Of a stretch of 64,000 nucleotides of DNA, positions 1 to 9,374 are shown one piece after another. The position numbers and the translations under genes were made by a program. Below the pieces are notes generated by a model. The model ran no database searches. It was not told the DNA's origin and saw only the letters and a list, made by a program, of their open reading frames with translations. Numbering within the stretch: the first letter of the stretch is position 1; the number at the start of each line of letters is the position of its first letter. The stretch comes from Alphaproteobacteria bacterium (GTDB taxonomy: Bacteria; Pseudomonadota; Alphaproteobacteria; UBA828), in NCBI GenBank assembly GCA_965237415.1, contig CBDEFM010000001.1, positions 128,001-192,000 of the forward strand, written 5' to 3'.

Positions 1-147
1 GAGCGCCTTGCCGCGACCGGCATCGGCCCCCCATGCGCCGGCGGCAGGGAGCACTAGCAGCCCTACGGCGAGCAGGCCGGAGGCGAGACATGCCGCAAGG
101 CCGGTCGTCCAGGACCAGTGTCGCCCGAAGGCTCTAGCCGACCTCAA
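1..147 (-). CDS. N-terminus of a probable periplasmic c-type cytochrome (runs off window edge)
   Basis: Manual translation from TTG at 147: signal-peptide-like stretch then AWGADAGRGKAL, typical of the lead-in to a class I cytochrome CxxCH; heme motif not in window; overlaps soxZ stop. Confidence 0.4.
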   Translation of the reverse strand, partial: MRSARAFGRHWSWTTGLAACLASGLLAVGLLVLPAAGAWGADAGRGKAL

Positions 148-460
148 TCCGTTTGCTAAGGCTGTACACGGAGCCGTCATCGTCGACCCATTGGAACTCC
201 AGAAGGCCCGACTTCGGGACGGCCATCTCGAACTGGATGTAGGGATCGGCCGAGACCGCCGGTTCCAGATCGACGGAAATCGCCACCTCGCCGTTGTAGC
301 TGACTACGAAGCGATTGATGATCTGGCGGGGCACGAGCTCGCCCTCGCTGTCGTGGCGCTCCCCCGTATGCATCGGATGGGTGATCCGGGTCTTGACCGT
401 GAACGGGACGCCCGCCGCCACCGACTTAGGCAGCTTCACGCGCGGCTTGGGTTCCGCCAT
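134..460 (-). CDS. soxZ: Thiosulfate oxidation carrier complex protein SoxZ
   Basis: ITHPMHTG.R.D..G..VPRQII, EPAVSADPY.QF and W.DDDG motifs; directly downstream of soxY. Confidence 0.9.
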   Translation of the reverse strand: MAEPKPRVKLPKSVAAGVPFTVKTRITHPMHTGERHDSEGELVPRQIINRFVVSYNGEVAISVDLEPAVSADPYIQFEMAVPKSGLLEFQWVDDDGSVYSLSKRIEVG

Positions 461-470
461 CGCCCGCTCC

Positions 471-893
471 TCAGCCGCAGCCGCCGACCGTCACCGCGAT
501 CTTCTGGGAGGCTTGGCGGAATGTGCCATCCGCCATCTCCGCCACCGCATACACGGTCTGGCTCCCGGCCAGCCGGATGCGGATCGTGGCTTCCGGCGGC
601 ACCAGCCTCCCGAACGTGAAGACCGCGACGCCGGGATTCGGGTTTCCGTCGTTGAAGAGCGCGATGCGCCTCGCGCCCTCGGCGACGACCCGGATCGGCA
701 CGGCGCCGCCGTTGTCGAAGATCTCCGGCGCATCGAGAAGCACACCGCCCTCCAGGCGGAAAGCGCCCCCAGTGAATTCATCGATGGCCTGGAAAATGCC
801 GTTCGAGGCCTCGGCAACACCGGCGGGAAGCAGCGCGGCCGCGGCGGCGGAGGCGCTGAGCAGAAATACATCCCTGCGCGTCGGAGCCATCAT
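471..893 (-). CDS. soxY: Sulfur carrier protein SoxY
   Basis: Tat-like TRRDVF signal, APEIFDNGGAVP, C-terminal VTVGGCG swinging-arm motif. Confidence 0.9.
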   Translation of the reverse strand: MMAPTRRDVFLLSASAAAAALLPAGVAEASNGIFQAIDEFTGGAFRLEGGVLLDAPEIFDNGGAVPIRVVAEGARRIALFNDGNPNPGVAVFTFGRLVPPEATIRIRLAGSQTVYAVAEMADGTFRQASQKIAVTVGGCG

Positions 894-1052
894 GCAGCCT
901 TCTTCCGCTCGCCGGGTCATAGGCGATATGGCGCCCCTTGGCGGCACCCGTCAAGCCCCTGGTGTGTGAGAGCCCCGCGCGCATTGACGCGCCGGCACCG
1001 ACGGGCGAGCATGACGGATTCTGCGACCACGGTTCTCAGGGAGGAACGGGAC

Positions 1053-2327
1053 ATGGCGCGCACCGTCTTCACCAATGTCAGCATCTATGACGGCAACGGC
1101 AAGAGGCCCTATCGGGGCGAGGTGTCGATCCAGGGCAACCGCATCGAGAAGGTCGCCAGAAACGGCCAGAAACTGTCGCGGCGGGGTGCTGCGGCGGTGG
1201 ACGGCAACGGCGCGACGCTGATGCCGGGGCTCGTGAACGCGCATTGCCACATGAGCTACACCGGGCCGCAGTCGATGTCCGAGATCCCGCCCGAGGAGCA
1301 CACGCTCATCACCATGTACAACGCGCGGACGATCATCGACCACGGCGTGACCGCGGCGGTCGGCGCGGGCGCGGCGAAGCCCCGCCTCGACATCGTGATC
1401 AGGAACGAGATCGACGCCGGCCGCATCCCCGGCCCGCGCTACCGGGCGTGTTCGCCGGAGATCACCGTCACCGGCGGCCTCGGCGACCAGCGCATGCTGC
1501 ACTACTACAGGAACGACCTCTCGCTCTTCGCGGACGGGCCGGAAGAAATCCGCCGCGCCTGCCGCGAAATGATCCGCGAGGGGGTGGACATCATCAAGCT
1601 CATGCCGTCGGGCGACCATCTGATCCCGGGCGCGTGCGATGCGACCCAGAGCGCGATGGACGAGGATGAGATCGCCGCCGGCGCACGGGTCGCGCACCAG
1701 CGCGGCCGCCGGCTCGCCGCCCACGCGCGCAACCCGGAATCGATCAGGCTCTGCATCAAGTACGGGATCGAGCTGATCTATCACGCGACCTACGCCGACG
1801 AGGAATCCCTCGATCTGCTCGAAGAGCACAAGGACAAGCACTGGGTGGTGCCCGCCATCGGCTTTACCCACGCGACCGCCTACGAGGCCGGCGACTTCGG
1901 CATCACGCCCGCCGAGGCAGAGGCCTGGGGCTTCCTCCGCGAGCTCGAGATCGGGGCCGAAACGCTGAAGAAGATGCACGCGCGTGGCATCAAGGTGCTG
2001 CCCTTCGGCGATTACGGCTTCCCCTGGACCCCCCACGGCCAGATGGCGCGGGACTTCGAGCATTTCACCAACTATCTCGGCATGAAGCCCTATGAGATCC
2101 TGCGCGCTGCGACCCAGTACGGTGCCGAGGCCTTCGATGCGCCGGGCGAGCTGGGGCGGATCAAGCCCGGCTACCTCGCCGACCTGCTGCTGATCGACGG
2201 CAATCCTCTCACGGACCTGACGCTCTTCCAGGACGAGGCGAACATCCTCATGGTCATGAAGGACGGCGCCTATCACAAGCCGCCGCATGCGCGGCAGAGG
2301 GTCGTGCAGCAGGCCGCGGCCGAATAG
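1053..2327 (+). CDS. Metal-dependent amidohydrolase (Xaa-Pro dipeptidase/prolidase-like)
   Basis: MPGLVNAHCH HxH motif, AAHA, IYHA, FGD, and G.I.PG..ADL tail; GAGG RBS before ATG 1053. Confidence 0.85.
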   Translation: MARTVFTNVSIYDGNGKRPYRGEVSIQGNRIEKVARNGQKLSRRGAAAVDGNGATLMPGLVNAHCHMSYTGPQSMSEIPPEEHTLITMYNARTIIDHGVTAAVGAGAAKPRLDIVIRNEIDAGRIPGPRYRACSPEITVTGGLGDQRMLHYYRNDLSLFADGPEEIRRACREMIREGVDIIKLMPSGDHLIPGACDATQSAMDEDEIAAGARVAHQRGRRLAAHARNPESIRLCIKYGIELIYHATYADEESLDLLEEHKDKHWVVPAIGFTHATAYEAGDFGITPAEAEAWGFLRELEIGAETLKKMHARGIKVLPFGDYGFPWTPHGQMARDFEHFTNYLGMKPYEILRAATQYGAEAFDAPGELGRIKPGYLADLLLIDGNPLTDLTLFQDEANILMVMKDGAYHKPPHARQRVVQQAAAE

Positions 2328-2342
2328 CTTCCCGCGCCAACG

Positions 2343-3515
2343 ATGGGGGCGCTCGATCGGGAGACGCTGCTCGCACGTGCGGAAGCGCTGATCCCGACGC
2401 TGCGCGAGCGGGCCGCCGCGGCCGAGGAGCTGCGGCGTATCCCCGACGAGTCGATCGCCGATCTCGTAGACAGCGGCCTGATCCGCGCGACGTTGCCGGC
2501 CCGCTTCGGCGGTTCCGAGGTCGGCTACCGCACGATGATGGAGATCGTGACGCTGATCTCCCGCGGCTGCGCGTCCACCGGCTGGGTCTATTGCAACCTC
2601 GCAAGCTGCACCTTCAAGCTCGCGCTCTGGCCCAAGGAGGCACAGGACGAAATCTGGGAGGCGGACAAGGACGCGCTTCTCACCGGCAACCTGATCTTCC
2701 CCTGCGGCAAGGCGACGCGGGTCGACGGTGGCTATCGTCTCAGCGGGCGATGGCCGTTCGGCAGCGGCATCGACCACGCCTGCGCCAATTTTTTCGCCGC
2801 CATGGTGGTCGATAAGGAACCGCAGGAGTTCCGCCTCTTCCTGGTGCCGAAGGGCGAGTACACGATCCTCGACACCTGGCGCGCCTCTGGCCTGCGTGGC
2901 ACCGGCAGTAACGACGCGGCCGTCGAGGACCTGTTCGTCCCCGCGTACCGCACCATCGACGCGGCGGATACGCGCAACGGCGCCGCGCCGGGCAACGCGG
3001 TGAACACCGGCACGGTCTATCGGCTCCCGCTCTTCGCCATGTTCTTCACCTGGGTCGGCGCGGCCGTGCTCGGCATGGCGGAAGCGGCGGTGGAGGGCTA
3101 TGTCGAGGCCACGCGCACCCGCGCCGCGCACTATTCGGGCCAGAGGCTCGCCGAGCTCGGCACCATCCACGTCAAGATCGCCGAGGCCCGCGCCGCCGTG
3201 GCGGCCGCGCGGCGCATCTATCTCGGCAACTGCGACGAGGCGACGGCGATTGCGGAGGGAGGCGCGCTGCCGGACGCTGAGGCCCGCGCCCGCTACCGCG
3301 CTGAGGGCGCCTATGCCGCCAGGCTCTGCTGCCAGGCGGTCGATCTGATCACGGCGGCAAGCGGCGGCGGCGGAGTCTATGACAGGAACCCGCTGTCCCG
3401 CGCCTTCCGCGACATTCACGCGGGCACTGCCCACATCACCCAGACCTGGGATCCCAACGCCGTCACCTACGGCCGCCTCGCGCTCGGCCTGGAAACGGAC
3501 AACCCTCTCCTCTGA
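2343..3515 (+). CDS. Flavin-dependent monooxygenase, acyl-CoA dehydrogenase fold (HsaA-like oxygenase component)
   Basis: LSGRWPFGSGIDHA, DTW..SGLRGTGS, RAFRDIHAGTAH motifs. Confidence 0.85.
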   Translation: MGALDRETLLARAEALIPTLRERAAAAEELRRIPDESIADLVDSGLIRATLPARFGGSEVGYRTMMEIVTLISRGCASTGWVYCNLASCTFKLALWPKEAQDEIWEADKDALLTGNLIFPCGKATRVDGGYRLSGRWPFGSGIDHACANFFAAMVVDKEPQEFRLFLVPKGEYTILDTWRASGLRGTGSNDAAVEDLFVPAYRTIDAADTRNGAAPGNAVNTGTVYRLPLFAMFFTWVGAAVLGMAEAAVEGYVEATRTRAAHYSGQRLAELGTIHVKIAEARAAVAAARRIYLGNCDEATAIAEGGALPDAEARARYRAEGAYAARLCCQAVDLITAASGGGGVYDRNPLSRAFRDIHAGTAHITQTWDPNAVTYGRLALGLETDNPLL

Positions 3516-3557
3516 TACCCGCAGGGCCGTCGCTATCGGTCGCGTCGGGACGCTTCG

Positions 3558-4187
3558 TCAGTGCCGCTTGAGCGCCGGGACGCCGGGGTATTCCGAGGAG
3601 TGGTCCCCCGCATGGTTCGCCATGCCCGGTTTGGTGAGGCATCCCTTGGGCGGGACGTAGCTGTCGATGCGGCGGACCGGCTTCTCATGCCAGCGCAGGT
3701 TGAAGGCGGCGTACTTGGGGAAGAACATCATGTCCGAATACGGCAGGTGGTCGTGCACCCACCAGGCCAGGGCCTGCCACGGCGTCCCCGCCTCATAGCG
3801 CGGGACGAACCACGGGATGACAATGCAGGCGGTCGCCCCCATGAAGCCGTCGGCGTCCCGCCGGTCCCACACGTGGCGGCTGTGGTTCCAGGTCGTTTCG
3901 GCGCAGTTGTAGCCGTGGTCCCGCCGCTCCTGGCCGAAGTCGTTCACCCTGACGGAGCGGAACGCCGAGCGGATCGACACATGGCCGAAGGTGGCGTGAA
4001 GCGGCTCGAGCAGCTCTTCGCAGAGCCGCCTTCCCGCCGCGATGGCGAGGTCGGGATCGTCCGGCATGTTCGTAATGCCGTGAAAGCTCGCGATCTCGCT
4101 GTAAAACATCTCGCGCATGAAGAAGTGCTCCGACAACCGGACCCGGCCGAGCGTTTCGAGGGCCTTCATGGAAGCGGGCTTTTGCAT
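3558..4187 (-). CDS. Conserved hypothetical protein, peptidase M15/hedgehog-like fold
   Basis: RLSEHFFMRE..YSE, LCEELLEPL...FG.VSIRSAFRS..VN resemble the M15A N-terminal pattern. Confidence 0.6.
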   Translation of the reverse strand: MQKPASMKALETLGRVRLSEHFFMREMFYSEIASFHGITNMPDDPDLAIAAGRRLCEELLEPLHATFGHVSIRSAFRSVRVNDFGQERRDHGYNCAETTWNHSRHVWDRRDADGFMGATACIVIPWFVPRYEAGTPWQALAWWVHDHLPYSDMMFFPKYAAFNLRWHEKPVRRIDSYVPPKGCLTKPGMANHAGDHSSEYPGVPALKRH

Positions 4188-4516
4188 GGCATGCTCCCTC
4201 CGAAATCGGTTTCCTTCAATCGTGCCCAGCCCGATCGGAGAATGGGACCGGGTGGATCGCAGGATACGAAAACAAGAAGCGGCGGCGACAGCCATCTGTC
4301 TTGGGGGGCGGCCGTCGGCGAGAGCCGCTTGGATGCCGTCGCGCGCGTGGCCGCTCGCCCGCTTGCCGTCGCTCCGCTAAGGCATCGGCCATGGCACCGG
4401 AGCGCCGCAACCGTGTATAGTATGGGGCGATGCGAGCGCCGAGGCCGTGCCACGGCAACGAGCGGCGGCCCGACGCGCTATGGCTCGACGTGATGGAAGG
4501 CAAGGGGAGGCTGAGC

Positions 4517-5710
4517 ATGAGCGAAAAGTGGGGTATTCCGGACATATCGCGCCGCGACGTGCTTAAGGGCACGGCGGCCACTGCGGCGGTGGCCGCCGCC
4601 GGTTCGTTAGGCGCGACCCGGGGAGTGCAGGCAGCGTCGACGACGGTCAAGGGCTACGGCGTCACCACGTCGCAGCTCAAGGACTGGTCCATCATGGAGA
4701 AAGCCATCGGCATCACGATGGAGTTCACCGGGACCAATGCCGACATCGGCACCTTCATGCGCGACGTCATCTCGAACGATCTCGGCGAGACGCACGATAT
4801 CTTCATCTTCGACGGCGGCACCGAGGACATTCTGGGGCCGCAGGGCTACTACTCCACGGTCATCGAGGACCATCCGAACCTCACGCTCTGGGAGCGGACC
4901 TCCGACGACTGGAAGCGCACCGACCTGCTGCAGGACTATGACGGCAACCAGTACGGCGTGCCCGTCATCGGTAATGCGGACAGCTTCGGCTACTTCCCCG
5001 AGGCGATCGGCGCCGATCCCAAGGGCCTCGACGAGATCCCCTGGAGCAAGATGTTAGAGGACGAAGACACCAAGGGCCGCGTCTCGCTCGACCGCAGCTG
5101 GCTGCTGTCGAGCCCCGAGGTCGCCCTCTACCTCAAGGCTAACGGCCGGGCGGAAATCGCCGATGTCGCCAACATGACCGGCGAGGAGGCCCGCGTGGTC
5201 GCGGACTTCGCGGCCGACCGCAAGCGCGCAGGCCAGTTCCGCTCGCTCCACGCGGCCTTCGAGGAGCAGGTGCAGCTTCTCAGCAACCGCGAGATCGACC
5301 TGATCAACTGCTGGGAGCCCGCGACCAAGGAGGCCAACAACATTCTCGGCCCCGGCACGGTGATCTACGCCTTCACGGTCGAGGGCTATTACAAATGGGG
5401 CCACGGCGCCTACATGCACACCAAGGCCGGCGAGCGCGACAACGTCGACAACATCTACAAGGTGCTCAACTACTACATGACCGGCGAGTATCGCGCCTAT
5501 CAGGGGATCCAGCGCGGCTACGCCGGCCCCAACATGGACCTCGGCGTCCAATTTGCGCAGGAGAGCGGCTGGCCAGAGGAGCAGGTCGAAGAGCTCAAGT
5601 GGACCGAGGTCAAGGTCAACAAGAAGTTCGAGAAGCCCTTCTTCGGCAAGCCCGCGGCGCCGAACTCCGACGTCATGGAAGAGGAGTGGCAGCGGTTCCT
5701 GAACGCCTGA
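4517..5710 (+). CDS. ABC transporter substrate-binding protein, PotD/PotF-like, Tat-exported
   Basis: SRRDVLK twin-arginine signal; first gene of an operon with two PotB/PotC-like permeases. Confidence 0.8.
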   Translation: MSEKWGIPDISRRDVLKGTAATAAVAAAGSLGATRGVQAASTTVKGYGVTTSQLKDWSIMEKAIGITMEFTGTNADIGTFMRDVISNDLGETHDIFIFDGGTEDILGPQGYYSTVIEDHPNLTLWERTSDDWKRTDLLQDYDGNQYGVPVIGNADSFGYFPEAIGADPKGLDEIPWSKMLEDEDTKGRVSLDRSWLLSSPEVALYLKANGRAEIADVANMTGEEARVVADFAADRKRAGQFRSLHAAFEEQVQLLSNREIDLINCWEPATKEANNILGPGTVIYAFTVEGYYKWGHGAYMHTKAGERDNVDNIYKVLNYYMTGEYRAYQGIQRGYAGPNMDLGVQFAQESGWPEEQVEELKWTEVKVNKKFEKPFFGKPAAPNSDVMEEEWQRFLNA

Positions 5711-5734
5711 CCGCGCCACCCGTAATGTGACCAA

Positions 5735-5780
5735 GGCCCCGGTGCGCCCCGCGAACACCTTCGCACGGCGCCCCGGGGCT
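5735..5780 (+). terminator. Intergenic stem-loop after the substrate-binding gene (attenuating or mRNA-stabilising)
   Basis: ggccccgg..gcgcc..gcgaa-cacc-ttcgc..ggcgc..ccggggct inverted repeat. Confidence 0.45.
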
Positions 5781-5799
5781 CTATCTTTGTTGGCGATCG

Positions 5800-6720
5800 A
5801 TGTCTGACACGGCGGGAAACGGCTTCGTCGGCGACCTCCGCGCCGGCTACACCCGGTTGTTCACGGGCGGCTGGGTGGTGCCGGTCTTCGTCGCGGCGTG
5901 GGTGGTCATCGTCATCCTGCCGCTGCTCGTCATGATCGCCCACTCGTTCTTCGAGATGAAGAACTACCAGGTGTCCTACGACGCCTCGTTCAAGACCTGG
6001 AATTCGCTGATCGATTCCGGGCGCTGGATCGCGGCGGTGCGCACGCTCCGCGTCGTGCTCATGATCACGGTCGTCGAGTTCCTGATCGCCTTCCCCTTCG
6101 CGCTGTGGCTCGCCAAGACCTGCAAGTCGAAGGTGACCAAGGCGGTCATCATCACCCTGCTCACCATCCCGTTCTTCGTCGACCCCTCGTCCCGCACCAT
6201 CATCTGGCGCGCCATCCTCGGCAAGAACGGCATCATCAACACCGTCCTCATGGAGCTCGGCATCATCGGCGAGCCGATGGAATGGATGCTGTTCTCGGAA
6301 TTCGCCGTCCATTTCGGGATGCTCGCGCCCTACTTCCCGACGATGGTGTTTCCCATCTTCCTGGTCGTGAGCCTCATCGACGACCACTATCTGGAGGCGA
6401 GCCGCGACCTCGGCGCGAGCAAGCTGCACACGCTCTTCTACATCATCCTGCCGCTTTCGCTGCCGGGCATCGTCGCCGGCGCTGTCTTCACCATGGTGCC
6501 GCTCATGGCGACCTGGGTGGAGCCGGAGATGCTGGGCGGCGGCTTCGTCAACCTGCTCGGACCATCGGTGGAAGCGGCGATCCGAAATCTGAAGTACCCG
6601 ACCGCGGCCGCGCTCTCGGTCTTCGTCGTCATTGTGCTCGCGCTGCTGCTGACGCTGCTGATCCTGGCGACGCGGCGGCTCGGCTCCATCGGCAACGTCT
6701 TCCAGACGCTGAGGCGGTGA
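5800..6720 (+). CDS. ABC transporter permease (PotB-like)
   Basis: Multiple TM segments; EAA loop LEASRDLGAS; LPLSLPG. Confidence 0.85.
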   Translation: MSDTAGNGFVGDLRAGYTRLFTGGWVVPVFVAAWVVIVILPLLVMIAHSFFEMKNYQVSYDASFKTWNSLIDSGRWIAAVRTLRVVLMITVVEFLIAFPFALWLAKTCKSKVTKAVIITLLTIPFFVDPSSRTIIWRAILGKNGIINTVLMELGIIGEPMEWMLFSEFAVHFGMLAPYFPTMVFPIFLVVSLIDDHYLEASRDLGASKLHTLFYIILPLSLPGIVAGAVFTMVPLMATWVEPEMLGGGFVNLLGPSVEAAIRNLKYPTAAALSVFVVIVLALLLTLLILATRRLGSIGNVFQTLRR

Positions 6721-6732
6721 GGCGCTAGGACG

Positions 6733-7608
6733 ATGAGCGATCGGGCTCAGCACAGGATGGCGGCCACCATCGACGACCAGATCGGCCACGGCGGTGCGCT
6801 GTTGGCGCGCCGGGTCTCGGCCTGGCGGCTCTGGACCGTGATCGCCAAGTGGCTCGGGCTGATCGTCATCTTGCTGATGTACATCCCGCTCGTCTGGCTC
6901 GCTGTGATGTCGTTCAGCGGCAAGCCGCTCTCGGGCATCCCCTACCCGCTCACCATGGAGCACTACGACGAGCTCATGGGCGCGTTCAACAAGTGGGGCG
7001 AGCCGCTCTACGAGAGCATCGCCATGGGCGTGGTCGTCGGCATCGTCTGCATGATCGTGGCCACCGCCGTCGGCCGCACCATGCCCAGAATGAAGAAACC
7101 GGGCGGGGTGATCCTGATCGCCCTCATCCCGCTCTTCGTTCCGGGCCTCACCATGGGGGCGGCGCTCTTCATCTCCATCCGCTCCCTCCTCGACCTCCGG
7201 CTCGGGCTCTGGTCGATCTTCCTCGGCCATCTGGTGTGGTCGCTGCCGTTCTCGTTGCTGCTCGTGCTGATTATCGCGACCCGCTTCGACCATCGGTTGC
7301 TGGAGGCGGCACAGGATCTCGGCGCCACCTCCTGGCGGCGCTTCTGGGACATCGAGTTCCCGATCCTGCGCCCCGGCATCATCGGCGCCGGCATCTTCGG
7401 CTTCCTGCTCTCCTTCAATGAGCTCCTGCGCTCGATCTTCCTGCGGGGCTCGGAGACGACGATGCCGATCTACAACTGGACCATGACGGCATCGCACCAG
7501 TCGCAGGTGCCAATCATCTTCTCGCTGTCGACGATCATTCTGGGCGTCACGCTGCCGATTCTCGGCGGCTTCTTCTGGCTGCTCTTCGCCAAGCTGGACC
7601 GCAGCTGA
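6733..7608 (+). CDS. ABC transporter permease (PotC-like)
   Basis: LLEAAQDLGA EAA loop; FLLSFNE; TTMP. Confidence 0.85.
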   Translation: MSDRAQHRMAATIDDQIGHGGALLARRVSAWRLWTVIAKWLGLIVILLMYIPLVWLAVMSFSGKPLSGIPYPLTMEHYDELMGAFNKWGEPLYESIAMGVVVGIVCMIVATAVGRTMPRMKKPGGVILIALIPLFVPGLTMGAALFISIRSLLDLRLGLWSIFLGHLVWSLPFSLLLVLIIATRFDHRLLEAAQDLGATSWRRFWDIEFPILRPGIIGAGIFGFLLSFNELLRSIFLRGSETTMPIYNWTMTASHQSQVPIIFSLSTIILGVTLPILGGFFWLLFAKLDRS

Positions 7609-7712
7609 TCCCCCGACGCACTACCAAGCGCCGCCCCTGCGGCACCCTTGCGACCCTGGGGCGATTTGGATAGGGTCCGCCGCGTGGCCGGCGCCGGGCG
7701 CCGCGCCCGTGC

Positions 7713-7789
7713 GCGCTCGTAGCTCAGCTGGATAGAGCACCAGACTACGAATCTGGGGGTCGGGGGTTCGAATCCCTCCGAGCGCGCCA
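7713..7789 (+). tRNA. tRNA-Arg(ACG)
   Basis: Acceptor stem GCGCTCG/CGAGCGC, D arm AGCTCAGCTGGATAGAGC, anticodon arm CCAGA-CTACGAA-TCTGG, GGTTCGAATCC T loop, encoded CCA. Confidence 0.97.
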
Positions 7790-7848
7790 TCTAAATCCCA
7801 TAGAGTCAATGGCTTGCCGGCCTGCGGCCGGTGCCTGCCGCGAGGGCG

Positions 7849-8481
7849 TCAGGCGAAGTGGCAGGCGCCGTGATGGCCGGGCGCCAGCTCCCGAAAGGCC
7901 GGCTTCTCCTGGCGGCAGATCGCCTCGGCGCGCGGGCAGCGCGGGTGGAAACGGCAGCCGGAGGGCGGGTCGATGGGGCTCGAGATCTCGCCCTCGATCG
8001 GCACCATCGTGCGCAGGCGCCGGGTCGTAGGCTCGGGGATCGCCGCCAGCAGCGCCTGCGTATAGGGATGGCGTGGCTCGCGGAAGAGGACCGCGGTCTC
8101 CGCCAGCTCCACCATCTCGCCCAGGTACATCACGCCCACCCGGTCGCAGACGAAGCGGACGACGGAGAGGTCGTGCGAAATGAAGAGGATGCTGAGCGCG
8201 TAGCGCCGCTGGATCGCGCGCAGCATGTTGAGGATCTGGGCCTGGACCGACACGTCGAGTGCGGACACCGGCTCGTCGGCGACCAGCAGCTTGGGGTCGA
8301 GCGCGAGCGCCCGCGCGAGACCGATGCGCTGGCGCTGCCCGCCACTGAACTGGTGGGGGTAGCGCTGCGCGTGGCTGGGATCGAGACCGACCGCGTCGAG
8401 CAGCTCGCTCACCCGCTGCCTGAGCGCCCGCCTCGGCACCACACGGTGCGTGACGAGCGGCTCGGCGACGATGTGGAACAT
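7849..8481 (-). pseudogene. Oligopeptide ABC ATPase (OppF/DppF-like), N-terminally truncated
   Basis: FSGGQRQR signature, [28 protein letters not shown] present; Walker A absent; abuts a substrate-binding-protein fragment. Confidence 0.8.
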
Positions 8482-9345
8482 AGTTGATCGCCTGGCGGAC
8501 GCGCACGTCGTCCATCGGCGCCATCTTCTGGTTCATCATCGCGAAGAAGACGCCGACGGCCGGGCGGCTGTAGGTCTTGTAGCCCGGCGTCGCCTCGATC
8601 TGGCGCAGCTTGTCGACCGGTACCGCGTCGGTACCCGAGATGCAGTCCACGTCACCGCTGAGCAGCGCGGCGAGGCGGGTCGCGTCCTCAGGTATTACCA
8701 CATACTCGACGCGCTCGAGGTAGGCGTTCCCCTCGTTGCTGTACCAGGGCGTGGCCCAGTTGTGCTCGTCGTTGCGCACGAGCTCGATGCCCTGGTCCGG
8801 GTCCCAGCGAACGAACTTGAACGGCCCGGTGCCGCTCGGGTTGCGGCCGAAGGCATCGCCCTGCGCCTCGACCGCGGCCTTACTGATGGGCGCGCAGTAG
8901 GAATAGCCGAGCCCCACCCAGAGCGGCACGAAGGGATCGCTGTAGTGATAGGCGATGGTCATGTCGTCGATCACCTCGGTGCCGGCGATCGGGCCCAGCA
9001 TCCACGAGGTGGGCGAGGCCGTGGTGTCGGCGAGGTGGCGTTCCACGGTCCAACGGACGACCTCGGCGTTGAACGGCGAGCCGTCGTGGAAGTTGACGCC
9101 CTCCCGCAGCGTGAAGGTGACCGTCTTGCCCTCGTTCGAGAACTCCCATCTGGTGGCGAGGCCCGGATAGACCGTGCCCTTCTCGTCGAGATAGACCAGC
9201 GAGTCGTAGACCTGCCACATGATCTCGTGGGCGACGAGCAGCGTGGTCTTCTGCGGGTCGAGGGTGTCGGACTCCTGCCCGCGGGCGATGCGCAGCGTGC
9301 CGCCCGGCTTGGCCGCGTGCGCGCGCGGCACTTGCGCGAGCCCGG
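8480..9345 (-). pseudogene. Family 5 peptide ABC substrate-binding protein, N-terminal half only
   Basis: [42 protein letters not shown] then homology breaks; in-frame stop upstream removes the signal peptide. Confidence 0.8.
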
Positions 9346-9374
9346 CAGATCACGACATTGATGAGATTTCGGAG

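Noticed and set aside
951-3434. Long antisense ORFs (827 aa here; also 5518-7497, 13819-15828, 16923-18614, 58384-60090)
   Set aside because: Shadow frames of high-GC genes on the opposite strand, with no recognisable motifs.
7770-7830. Integrated element with att site at the tRNA-Arg 3' end
   Set aside because: No integrase in the window; the only echo I noticed is a 10-bp GAGCGCGCCA near 32694 inside an ORF, expected by chance at this GC.
7745-9331. 528-aa ORF as an intact protein
   Set aside because: The C-terminal half is out-of-frame read-through of the ATPase fragment and runs antisense into the tRNA.
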